Source of the DNA: Heterodontus francisci
Lineage: Eukaryota
Reading direction: 5' to 3'
Assembly (NCBI RefSeq): GCF_036365525.1
Contig: NW_027140807.1
Coordinates: forward strand, 744,001-808,000
DNA length: 64,000 nt
The position numbers and the translations under genes are program-made. Every line of letters starts with the position of its first letter. Positions within the stretch are counted from its first letter, which is position 1. This document shows positions 36,571 through 48,740 of this stretch, piece after piece. Under the pieces are notes generated by a model that saw nothing but the letters and a program-made list of their open reading frames with translations, made no database searches and was not told the origin of the DNA.

Positions 36571-38386
36571 CACAGTGACTCAGAGTTGGAGCAGTTCAAC
36601 AAAAACCTCAAAGGCAGCAGGAAACACCTGTGGAGGGTAAAACTGCCCGAAGCCTCGAATTTCTTTCGTTTTGCAGAGCGAAAGTGTTTATGATAACAAG
36701 AAGAGATGGGTCAGAGTGGTAGTGAGAGATTAGATATACAGGTAGTAGAGAATGTGCTAAGAACAATTGACAAGGATAACACGAGATCTGAGGTTCTAAC
36801 TATCAGGAAAGATCAACTATAAAACGACTTGAGTTCTTCTGCATTGACACTGAGTTTTCCTCCTCTGTAGGGTTAACAGAGGGTGCTCTAGGACCATGAA
36901 TACACAATGGCCTGGCAAACATTTAATAGGAAAACAGAAAGAGGCAGAGGTCATACAGCCCTCGAGCTTCATACACATTGACAGGAGAAGCACATTCATC
37001 ACCTTAGAGAGGGATATACACACACTCAACGAGAGAGACAAATCGAGGAAGACCGAGTGTGTGAGAGAGGGATAGAACAAGATTGAGAGGAAAACTGACA
37101 GAGACAGAGAGACTGAGACAGAGAGACTGGGACTGAGACAGAGAGAGACTGAGAGAGAGAGACTGAGAAAGAGAGATTGAGACAGACAGGAGAAGAGAGA
37201 GGAGAGCGAGGAGGACAGAGAGGGGGAACAAGAAAGAGAGAGAGGGAGAACAAAAAAAACAGAGGAAGAGACTGAGACAGAGAGACTGAGACAGAGAAAC
37301 AGTGAGGGAGACTGAGAGAGAGAGACTGAGAGACAGAGAGAGACAGTGAGAGAGAGACAGAGAGAGAGAGACAGAGACAGAGAGAGAGAGACTGAGAGAG
37401 AGACAGAGAGAAAGCGACTGAGGGAAAGCGACTGAGACAGAGAGACAGACAGAGGAGAGAGAGGAGGACAGAGAGGGGGAAGAAGGAAGTGCGAGAGAAA
37501 AGCAAAAAAAACACAGAGGAAGAGAGTGAGACAGATTGGGAGACAGACACACACACACACAGAATGAGACAGGGAGAGAAAGACAGCAAGCAGTAAAACA
37601 GAGGGAGACAGTTAACTAAAGACAGAGCGAGTGAAAAACACACGCACACACATGCACAGCTTTGTATCCGTGCCCATTCATCTTCCAGATCATTGAATAA
37701 GAATACCCCGTGATCTCAGGATTGTAACTATCAGGAATGAATAACAATAAAAGGACTGGGGCTGTTATAGACTGACACTGTGTATGTTTTCACCACAGGG
37801 ACAGCTGAGGACGCTCTAGGACCATGTGATGTACAATGGCTTTTGAGAAGGAGTTCACAGGAAAACTGAAACAGTGAGAGAACATACAGTCCTCCAGGTT
37901 GATATACATGACCAGGAGAAGGNNNNNNNNNNNNNNNNNNNNNNNNNNNNNNNNNNNNNNNNNNNNNNNNNNNNNNNNNNNNNNNNNNNNNNNNNNNNNN
38001 NNNNNNNNNNNNNNNNNNNNNNNNNNNNNNNNNNNNNNNNNNNNNNNNNNNNNNNNNNNNNNNNNNNNNNNNNNNNNNGTGAGAGAGAGACTGAAATAAA
38101 CAGACTGAGACATATAGGGAGGCACAGAAGAGAGACAGAGAGGAAGAAAGGAGCATCACAAGTAAAGGACAGGGAGAGACAGAGAGAGAGAGAGAAAGTG
38201 GGTCATTGGCAACCAACTCGATTCTCATTTGTTGATGTGGGAAATGAACGTCACCATCTCTGCCTCACTTCCTAATGCTCTCCCTGTTCCTCCCAATGAT
38301 TTGTAAAGAGTGGGTTGGTTATTGACAACACTCATCACTCCTGCTCCCTCCCCTTTACTGATTCAGAAGGCAGCTTAAAGTAAAAG

Positions 38387-38871
38387 ATGTATCTGTTACT
38401 GACTCTGATCACCCTGTTTCACCGTAAGGAATTTTATTGAAACAATAATTCTACTTAACATTTCTTTAGGATATGGTTTTATTTATTTCGTTCTCTCCTT
38501 CTCTCTCTTTCTCTCTCCCCACTGGACTGAATTTCCCTGTTTACTGATCTCCTCCTCTCCCTGTCTCCTTCCCAGATGTGAACTCACAGACTATCCACCA
38601 GACTCCCGCCGCTGTCTCCAAATTTTCTGAGGAGCAGGTGAAGCTGAAATGCACCGTGGATGGTACCAGTAACCCTTACATGTACTGGTACAGACAATAC
38701 CCGGGGAAGGAGCCGCAGCTGATGTTTTACTCCCTAACTGCACAAAGGGAGAACTCAGAGGGGACGGTGGAAGGTTTCACCGCCGAGAGACCGACAGACT
38801 CTGAGTTCAACCTGGAGTCCTCCAGCCTGCGGGAGAATCACTCGGCCGTGTATTTCTGTGCCTGGAGTCTT
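38387..38871 (+). CDS. TRBV: TRBV30-like V gene segment, intact (ends CAWSL)
   Basis: Leader 38387-38423 MYLLLTLITLFH|gtaagg. V exon 38576-38871: SQTIHQTP..KCTVDGTSNPYMYWYRQ..AVYFCAWSL. Confidence 0.94.
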
Positions 38872-38910
38872 CACAGTGACTCAGAGAGATGGAGCAGTTC
38901 AACAAAAACC
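38872..38910 (+). other. 23-RSS
   Basis: CACAGTG-23bp-ACAAAAACC (consensus). Confidence 0.95.
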
Positions 38911-39957
38911 CTAAAGGCAGCAGGAAACACCTGTGGAGGATAAAACTGCTCGGAGCCTCGAACTTCTTTCGTTTTGCAGAGAGAAAGTGTTCATGATAAC
39001 AAGAAGAGATGGGTTTGAGTGGTAGTGAGAGATTAGATATACAGGTAGTGGTGAATGTGCAAAGAACAATTAACAAGGATAACACCAGATCTGAGGTGTA
39101 ACTATCAGGAAGAATTAACTATAAAACGACTTGAGTTTTACTGCACTGACACTGAGTTTTCTTCCTCTATATGGTTAACAGAGGGTGCTCTAGGACCATG
39201 AATACACAATGGCCTGTAAAACATTTAATAGGAAAACAGGAAGAGGCAGAGGTCATCCAGCCCTCCAGCATCATACACATGGACAGGAGAAGGACATTCA
39301 TCACCTTAGAGAGGGATACACACACACAGTGAGAGAGACAAAGAGAGGGAGACCGAGTGTGAGAGAGGGTCAGAACGAGATTTAGAGGAAAACTGACAGA
39401 GACAACAGACTGAANNNNNNNNNNNNNNNNNNNNNNNNNNNNNNNNNNNNNNNNNNNNNNNNNNNNNNNNNNNNNNNNNNNNNNNNNNNNNNNNNNNNNN
39501 NNNNNNNNNNNNNNNNNNNNNNNNNNNNNNNNNNNNNNNNNNNNNTACTGAGACAGAGAGGGGTCAGAGAGACTGAAACAGATCGACTGAGAGAGAGAGG
39601 CGGACAGAGAGACTGAAACAGAGAGAGTGAGAGAGAGAGAGCCTGAGACAGAGAGGGGGATAGAGAGACTGAGACAGTGAGAGTGAGACAGAGAGACTGA
39701 GAGAGAGAGAGGGGGACAGAGAGACTGAGATAGAGAGGGGGACAGAGAGAGAGAGAGAGAGAGAGAGAAGCAGATTGGCAGCCAATACAATTCTGATTTG
39801 TTGACCTGGGTGAATGGGCGTCTCCAACATTGTATCACTTCCTAATGCTCTTCATGTTCCTCCCAATGATTTGTAAAGAGTGGATTTGGACCTTCACAAG
39901 ACTCTAAGCTCCTGCTCTCACTCCTGTGTCCATTAAGAGAACAAGTTGTAGTGAAAG

Positions 39958-40413
39958 ATGTATCAGTTACTGTGTCTGATAATCCTGTTTCATTGTAAGT
40001 GAGTGTGAAATACAAAGATTATCGTTAATAACTTTCCTCTCCTCTCCCTGTCTCCCTTTCATTCCCAGATGCTCCCTGTTTACTGATCTCCTCCTCTCTC
40101 CATCTCTCTCCCAGATGTGAACTCACAGACTATCCGCCAGACTCCCGCTGCTGTCTCCAGATTTCCTGGGAAAGGAGTGGAACTGAGGTGCACTGTGGAG
40201 GGGATCAGCAGTACCATCTCCATGTACTGGTACAGACAAGAGCCGGGGAAGGAGCTGCTGTTGATGTTTTACTCCAATACTGCTAACTATGTGGATCCAG
40301 AGGGGACGGTGGATGGTTTCACCGCTGAGAGACCGAATGAGTACGAGTTCAACCTGGAGTCCTCCAGCCTGTGGGAGAATCACTCGGCCGTGTATTTCTG
40401 TGCCTGGAGTCTT
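39958..40413 (+). CDS. TRBV: TRBV30-like V gene segment, intact (ends CAWSL)
   Basis: Leader 39958-39994 MYQLLCLIILFH|gtaagt. V exon 40115-40413 is open with both Cys and the Trp. Confidence 0.94.
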
Positions 40414-40452
40414 CACAGTGACTCAGAGCGATGGAGCAGTTCAACAAAAACC
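40414..40452 (+). other. 23-RSS
   Basis: CACAGTG-23bp-ACAAAAACC. Confidence 0.95.
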
Positions 40453-42461
40453 CCAAAGGCAGCAGGAAATACCTGTTTCAGATAAAACCAGGCGTTTCTG
40501 CGTCCTGTTGGGTGTTTGTATCATTGGGAACATGTTTTTCACAAGAAGACAGGGCGGATTTAAATAGAAATTGAGTGGTTAGATATTGAAACACAGGGGA
40601 ATTGTGAAATAGACTTTACAGGAATGATATCAGAACACAGAGGTTAAAGTTATCAAGAAAGTTTGAACATCGGGGGATTATTTCTCCAGAAAGGAGAAGA
40701 CAAGAGTAAACTTTCAGCGGTCTAAGAGAGATTATTAAAGATTTTAATATCTGGAATGAAGATCAGATAAAAACAGACAGACAGACAGACAGTCAGATAG
40801 ACAGATAGATGGATACGGTGTGGTTTTATTTCACTGCGTTTTCTTTCTCCAAAGGGACAGCAGAGTGCGCTGTTGGACCATGATAAACATCAGAGTCTGG
40901 AACACACTTTAACAGTGACCTGGGAACACAAGGAGAACATTTATCACTTCGAAAACACTCCGCCCTTCAATGAGTTCGTGACTTATCAATAACTTTCTGT
41001 CGCTCCCTCTCTCCATCCCTCTATCTCCATCCCTCTCTTTCCATCCCTCTCTCTCCATCCCTCTCTCTCCATCTCTCTCGCTCCCTCTCTCTCTATTCCC
41101 CACTCTACCACGAGCTACAAAGCCGGCGTAAATGGGAGAATGTGAATTAACATTCCTGTCTTTTACAGGGCAGTGACTGTCTCTCTATGTAGCTCGATAT
41201 TTCTCTACTTGTCTGACTTTCCCTCCAACTCTCTATTTCTCTACCTCTCTCGATATCAATCTATCTCTCTCCCTGGTGATCTATCTCTCTGTCTCTCTAT
41301 CTATCCAACTCTATCTTTGGGTGATTACACTTTGTATGAACTAATTAAACATGCTGCACTAATATAATGAATGACCATCTTTTCCAGGATTTTCTATACA
41401 TTGACCAGTAGATGATGTGGTTTGTCATCAATTATCTATCAAAAGCCTCTATGATCTTCAATATCTGTATCACATCTACCATTAACCTTCTCTGCTCTCA
41501 GGAGAGAAACCCCCAGCTTCTCCAGTCTCTCCACAGTAATTGAACTCCCTCATCCCTGGTACCAGTCTGGTTAATCTCCCTCTAACTTTCACTACACAGA
41601 GTCGAACAACCCCCCAATGAACAGGAACTAACTCAGCTCGGAACCCTTAACCATCTGAGCGCTGTTTCACACTGTTGAAAGGCGAGATCCCTCTCCAGAT
41701 AACTTCATCTCTGGGACACCTGCCTCCTGACAGCGAGCTCAGAAGAGCACAAGTGTCCTTCTTGAATAATGGTACAACATTCGCTGTCCTCCAGTCCTCT
41801 GAGACCACTCCTGTGGCCAGAGGGGAATTGAAAATTTGTGTCAGAGGCCCTGAAATCTCCTCCCTTGCCTCGCATAACAGCCTGGGATATGTCTCATCCG
41901 GGCTGCGGTCTTATCCACTTTTAAGACTGCTAAAACAGCTAATACTCCTCCCTTTAAAAGCTAATATGTTCAAGTATATCACAACCCCCCTCCCCGATAT
42001 CTACACCTACATCATCCTTCTCCATAGTGAACATAGTGAAATATGCCGTTCTGACCCGGTCTGGCCTATATGTGCCTCCAGACCAACAGCAATGTTGTTG
42101 ACTATTAACTGCCCAGCAGGCATTCCCGAAGATGGTTCACCACCACCTTCTCAAGGGCAATAAGGGATGGGCACACTCTTTGGGTACAGAGGGTTGTTTC
42201 CCTGAATTCTACTCTATCAAATCCCTTTCTGAAATGTGAACACCTCTATTCAATCTCCCCCTATCCTCCTGTGTTGTATCATTCTACAACATTGCTATGT
42301 AATGTAATGGGGTGGAGCAGAGTGTCGCAGTAAGTGACTGCCAATCACAATGACAACCGGATGCTGGGTATTTAATTGGATACAATATAGAAACCGCCTG
42401 CAAGTGCGTTGTTGAAAACTCCACACGTTCACACATCGAGTTAGTATCGAATGAAGAAATC

Positions 42462-43295
42462 ATGTTGCATGAAGTTCTCAGTCTAATCTTGATGGCTGCA
42501 CTCTTCCCACGTAAGTCAAAGTCAGAAACTGTGTCGAATAATGTATTGTAATGTCAGCGGTGATTCTGTTCCATAACACTGCTGTGTCAGAGTCTCACTC
42601 CAGAACACTTGAGCTCAAAGTCAAAACTAACACCCCAGGTGTCAGGGCTGAGGGAGTGCTGGACTGTCGCAGAGGCAGTACTGAGGGGTGCTGCACTGTC
42701 GCAGAGGCGGTATTGAGGGAGTGCTGCACTGTCGCAGAGGCAGTACTGAGGGAGCGCTGCACTGTCGCAGAGGCAGTACTGAGGGAGTGCTGCACTGTTT
42801 CAGAGGCAGTACTGAGGGAGTGCCGCACTGTCGCAGAGGCAGTACTGAGGGAGTAACTACATTGGTTGCAAAGCCCTTTCTGATGCCCTGCGGTCCTGAA
42901 CGGCGATATATTAATGTAAGCCCTCTCTTTCTTGTACTGCAGCCCCTGCTCCAATCAATTATTGACTGAAATAATAATCTAATCGATGTTCCGTCCCACA
43001 GGAATACTCGCCTCCTATGTGGAACAGTCACCCTCTATCCTATCGCTTTCCGCAGGAGAGTCGACAACACTCAGATGCACGCTGAAGAATACTGGCTATC
43101 CTACAATGTCCTGGTACAGTCAACAGCCAGACAGGGCACTGGAAGCTCTGTTCTATTCTGCTGGAACAGGGTCTGTCACCAATTACACGTCCGAGTCATT
43201 TAAGGCAGACAGAGCCAGCAATACACTGTTTACTTTGGCACTGAGAGACGCCGCTCCATCTCACACCGCTGTCTATTTCTGCGCTTGTAGTATCG
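42462..43295 (+). CDS. TRBV: TCR V gene segment, intact (ends CACSI)
   Basis: Leader 42462-42510 MLHEVLSLILMAALFP|gtaagt. V exon 43002-43295: YVEQSP..LRC..WYSQ..HTAVYFCACSI. Confidence 0.9.
42560..42855 (+). mobile_element. Deu-SINE-like fragment with 33-bp unit expansion inside the V intron (paralog ~44820-45035)
   Basis: gagggagtgctgcactgtcgcagaggcagtact units as in the 8.5-10.2 kb satellite. Confidence 0.75.
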
Positions 43296-43334
43296 CACAG
43301 TGTTTGAGAAAGCGGATCAGCAGCTGCAAAAACC
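43296..43334 (+). other. 23-RSS
   Basis: CACAGTG-23bp-GCAAAAACC. Confidence 0.93.
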
Positions 43335-44708
43335 TGCAGCGGATGAACGGGAGTTCAGTGCTCATCTTCAACTGGCAGGGGTCAGCAGTAGATTGAAGCT
43401 TTCTGTTCATATCTATCTGTCCACCTGATTGTTTATCTCTCTGTCTCTCTATCTATCTATCTCTTTACCTGGTTATCTATCTCTCTGTCTCTCTATCTAT
43501 CTAAATCTATCTTTAGGTAATTACAGTTTGTATGAACTAATTAAACATACTGCAGTAATGTAATGAATGACCATCTTTTCATAGATTTTCGATATATTGG
43601 CCAGTAGATGATGTGATGTGTTATCAATTATCTATCAAAATCCTCGATGATCTTCAATATCTTTATCACATCTACCATTAACCTTCTCTGCTCCAAGGGC
43701 AGAAACCCCCAGCTTCTCCAGTCTCTCCACAGTAACTGAAGTCCCTCATCCCTGATACCAGTCTGGTTAATCTCCCTCCAACCTTCACTAAACAGAGGCG
43801 AACAACCCCCCAATGCACAGGAACTAACTCAGCGCAGAACCATTAACCATCTGAGCGCTGTTTCACACTGTTCAAAGTGAGACCCCTCTCCAGATACCTT
43901 CATCTCTGGGACACCTGCCTCCTGACAGCGAGTTCAGAAGCTGCTGAAAACTCTTTACCCACTTTCACCTCAGACTCGAGTCACATTTGATGTGTTCTTC
44001 AAAGAAACTAGCAGTTCAGACCAGTGAACACTTTAACCCTTTAACTCCCATTCACCATGGAGGTTCGGCAGCAGAGCAGTTATGTTACTGGGCTAGTAAT
44101 CCAGAGGCATGGACTAATAATCCCCAGACTTGAGTTCAATTCCCACCGGGGCAGAAATGCAATTTAAATTCAATTAATTAAATAAATAAAAATCTAGAAT
44201 GGAAAGTATGAGTAATCCTGAACATGGAGTGTCGTAAAAACCCAACGTCTTCATTGATTAACTTCAGGGAAGGAAATCCGCCATTGCTACCATGTCTGGC
44301 CTATATGTGACTGCAGACCCACAGCAATGTAGTTGACTATTAACTGCCATCTGATATGGCCCAGCAGGTAATTCCGAAGATGGTTCACCACCACCTTCTC
44401 AGAGGCAGTATGGATGGGCACACTCTCTGGGTATAGAGGGTTGTATCCCTGAATTCTACTCTATCAAATCCCTTTCTGAAATGTGAACACCTCTATTCAA
44501 TCTCCCCCTATCCTCCTGTGTTGTATCATTCTACAACATTGCTATGTAAAGTAATGGGGTGGAGCAGAGTGTCGCAGTAAGTGACTGCCAATCACAATGA
44601 CAACCGGATGCTGGGTATTTAATTGGATACAATATAGAAACCGCCTGCAAGTGTGTTGTTGAAAACTCCACACGTTCACACATCGAGTTAGTATCGAATG
44701 AAGAAATC

Positions 44709-45476
44709 ATGTTGCATGAGGTTCTCTGTCTAATCGTGATGGCTGCATTCTTCCCTCGTAAGTCAAAGTCAGAAACTGTGTAGAATGATGTATTGTAATG
44801 TCAGCGGTGATTCTGTCCGGAACACTCCTGTGTCAGAGTCTCACTCCAGAACACTTGAGCTTAAAGTCAAGGCTGACAACCCAGGTGTCAGGACCGAGGG
44901 AGTGCTGGACCGTCGCAGAGACAGTACAGAGGGAGTGCTGCACTGTCGCAGATGCACTATTGAGGAAGTGCTGCTCTGTCGACGAAGCAGTACTGAGGGA
45001 GTGCTGCACTGTCGCAGGGGCAGTACTAAGGGGGTACCTACATTGGTTGCAAAGCCGTTTCTGATGTCCTGAGGTCCTGAACGGCTCTATATTAATGTAA
45101 GCCCTTTCTTTCTTGCAATGCAGCTCCTGCTCCAATCCATTATTGACTCAAATATTAATCTCATCGATGTTCCATTCCTCAGGAATACTCTCCTCCTATG
45201 TGGAACAGTCGCCCTCTATCCTATCGATTGCAGCAGGGGAGTCGACAACACTCAGATGCACGCTGACCAATACTGGCTAACCCCATATGTACTGGTACAG
45301 ACAACAGCCAGACAGGGCACTGGAAGCTCTGTTCTATTTGTTAACAGAAGGGTCTGTTACCAATTACACGTCCGAGTCATTTAATGCAGTCAGAGACAGC
45401 GATACACTGTTTACTTTGGCACTGAGAGACGCCGCTCCATCTCACACCGCTGTCTATTTCTGCACTTGCAGTATCG
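44709..45476 (+). pseudogene. TRBV: TRBV pseudogene, tandem paralog of 42462-43295, single stop in CDR1
   Basis: Leader 44709-44757; V exon 45183-45476; TAA at 45278-45280 (TAT in the paralog); intact RSS 45477-45515. Confidence 0.92.
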
Positions 45477-45532
45477 CACAGTGTTTGAGAAAGCGGATCA
45501 GCAGCTGCAAAAACCTGTAGTGGATGACCGGG

Positions 45533-45810
45533 AGTTCAGTGCTCAACTTCCAACGGCATGGGGCAACAGTCGATTGAATCTCAGTGCTCATTTTCCACCA
45601 GCAGGGGGCAGTAGTGGATTGAACCCCAATGCTCATTTTCCACCAGCAGGGGGCAGCAGTAGATTGAATCTCAGTGGCTCATCTTCCACCAGCAGGGGGC
45701 AGCAGTAGATTGAATCTCAGTGCTCATCTTCCACCGGCAGGGGGCAGAAGTAGACTGACTCTCAGTGGCTCATTTTCCACTGGGAGGGGGCAGCAGTAGA
45801 TTGAATCTCT
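45533..45810 (+). promoter_or_regulatory. Tandem array of ~6 x 45-bp units, each with a CTCF-like core
   Basis: CCAGCAGGGGGCAG at 45598, 45643 and 45689, with variants at 45734 and 45780; all in the same orientation. The repeat is directly visible; CTCF binding is inferred. Confidence 0.65.
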
Positions 45811-47844
45811 GTTCATTTTCTGCCACCAGGTCATGGAATCATCTTGGATAACAGCACATAAGGAGCCCATTCAGCCCATCTCCCCCCTACTGGCTTATTT
45901 GAAAGAACTGTCCAGTTAATGCTCTTCCCCCCTGCTACTCTCCCATAGCCGTGCACATTGTTTCCATTCACGTGTACATTCCATTCCCTTTTGAACGTTC
46001 TTGTTCAAAGAGCTTCCAACACCCTTTCAGACTGTGCTAACCACATCATAACAACTCGCTGCTTAAATAAATCATCACTTCTCCCCCCTCCCCCCACTAA
46101 TTCATCTGCCAGTTACATTTAATCAATGTCTCCTGGTTGCCTTCTACCTATAGAAGCAGTTTCTATTCATTTAATATTTATAAAAATTCTTTAATGGGAT
46201 GTGAGCATCGCTGACTAGTCCAACATTTGCTATCCATCCCAAGTTGCCCGTGTCCTTCTTGGTGATAGAGGTAGCGTGTTTGGAAGGTGTTGTCGAAGGA
46301 GCCTTTGGGAGTTGATGCAGTGCATCTTGTATATAGTCCACACTGCTGCCACTGTGTGTCGGTGGTGGAGGGAGTGAATGTTTGTGGATAGGGTGCCAAT
46401 CAAGCGGGCTGTTTTGTCCTGGGTGGTGTCGACCTTCTTGAGTGTTGTTGGAGCCACACTCGAGTGGAGAGTATTCCATCACCCTCTTGACTTGTACCTT
46501 GTAGAGAGTCTGCATTAGTTTGAGGGGTTGCCTTGTTGATGGTGGACAGTCTTTAAGAAGTCAGGAGGTGAGGTACCCAAGACTCAACGTGCTTTCTGAG
46601 TGGGTACAACTCTCCTCTCTGAGTTGGAAGGTGCCACTACACAGACTGGAGCCAATAAAAAGGCTGACACTTTCGTGCCAAATAAAACTGCAGGTAAGTC
46701 AAAACAAATCCACCGACCGAAAATGTGTACTCAAATGCATATTTCACATTATTTTCTCTGATTAAGCAGAATTACTGCACACAATTTTGAATGCAACACA
46801 AACGCAACAAATTGATGCTAAACCCTTTATAAAAAGTCTGGTTTGGCCTCAACTGGTGTAGCGTGTCCACTTCTGTACATAACATTGTAGGGAGGATGGA
46901 GAGGGTGCAAAGGAGATTTATAAGGAGGTGACCCGGCGTGAGGGATTTCGGCGATGTGGAGATCTGGGAGAAGCGGTTCATTGGAACAGACAAGGTTAGA
47001 AAAAGTCCCAGAGCCCAATCCAGAAGGTCAGTGGTGCGATGATGGACCACACCACTGCTCATTCAATCCACAAACATTGGAATGTTTCCCATTCCATCCA
47101 TGATCTTCCCACTTCATGTAAAGTGCATCTATGGAATAGTTAACTTGTCACCCCCACTCCTGGTCTAACCTTTCACATTTCCATTGTTACCGAGTCCTGA
47201 AGGATATTTAAGAAAGATAGTGAACATTTACTCTTGTAACATCTCAGCTTTTCTGAAATGACCCTCCCAGCAATGCACACATCCCATCACTGAATACATT
47301 CAGATACAATTGGAAGTGAATAAGCTTGATAATGATGGTGGAGTGAGCATCTTTTCATGGTTATGAGGCTGCTGAGGGTGAGGCTGACACAGATGCTGGC
47401 GGTCGGGAGGAGGGTGATAATGTGTCCTCAGATGATAATGATGAGTGTGAGGATGGTGTCAGGATGAATGTGGTTATGATCAGGGGAGTACTGAAGGTAT
47501 TGATGATCCCAACACACCCGCCCAGTTAATCACCTCTCCACCACAGAAGATAGTTTACATCACATTTACTCCCTTCCTTTCTGCAACTTTCAAAGACATG
47601 AAACAGAACTGCAGGCCCAGAAACCGATGTGCTGAGGGTCAAACATTGGTCGCTCCCCAGAAATGACGAGTCCTCGGGGAGCCCAGGAGCAAAGAAAGAA
47701 AGCTTGGCTCCGCCTATGAAAATGTTGAAGATGATGGAGACGGAAGCTGTAAATTCCAGTCAGTTCCCAGGACTTTGAGATACTCTGCAATAAAAGTGCT
47801 CAGTCATTTCATATAAAACCACACGGATCCTTCACCCTCCAGAG

Positions 47845-48436
47845 ATGGCTGTGTCTCAGCTCTGGGTTGTGTTGTTGGTGTTAACGGGTAAGGAGGTGTC
47901 TGAACTGTGAGGTTACAATGATGTACATGTGTCTCTGATTCTCAGTCTCTGTCTGTCTTTGTCTCTCTCCTTCTCCCTCTATATTTCTTTCTCTCTCTCT
48001 CATCCTCTCTCTCGCTCTCTGCCTCTCTGCCTCAAACTGGTACCCACCGCTCTATCTCTCTTTCTCTACCCACTTCTATCTCTTCTTGTTGGTAAGAATA
48101 TATACATTGTCCCTGGTTTTATCTCTCTCTTTCTCTCTCTCCCTCTCTGTGTTACAGATGTGGAGGCCGTGTTGATCCAACAGACTCCCGCTTCCATATC
48201 CCATTCCCCGGGCTCTCCAGTCAGGATCCAGTGCGTTTACACAAAGGCAGATGCTAGCTCTGTTTTCTACTGGTACCGATGGCATCCGGACCGTGAGCCC
48301 GAGAACCTTTTCTATTCCTACCCCGCCGGAACGGTCACCCCCTCCAGAGAGGAGGCCCGACAACACCCATTTTTACCTGGAGTCCTCCAGACTGTTGGTG
48401 AATCAATCAGCCGTGTATTACTGTGCCTGGAGTCTG
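47845..48436 (+). pseudogene. TRBV: TRBV pseudogene (frameshifting deletion after CDR2)
   Basis: Leader 47845-47887 MAVSQLWVVLLVLT|gtaagg. V exon from 48158: VLIQQTP..IQC..WYRW. The frame changes near 48350 before RRPDNTHFYLESS..AVYYCAWSL. RSS 48437-48475 CACAGTG-23-GCAAAAACT. Confidence 0.9.
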
Positions 48437-48680
48437 CACAGTGACTCAGAAAGGCGCCGGAGTTCAGCAAAAACTCTAAAGGGGGAGGAAAGCACTTGTG
48501 GGAGATCAACCTGTCTGTCTATCTCAGTGTCTTTCTGTCTCTCTGACTATCTGCGGGTTTCTGTGTCGCTTTGCGCGTCTCTGCATCCATCCATCTATCT
48601 ATCTATCTCTCCATCTGTGTCTGTCTGTCTGTCCATCTATCTATCTGTCTATCAAACTGTCTCTCTCTCTATCTCTCTAT

Positions 48681-48740
<60 letters not shown>

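Noticed and set aside
36817-37649. Long Ser/Leu-rich or Arg/Glu-rich ORFs here and at 104-546, 17.9-18.4, 24.6-25.1, 32.3-33.0, 48.5-48.9 and 60.7-61.1 kb
   Set aside because: Low-complexity GA/CT and GATA microsatellite translations
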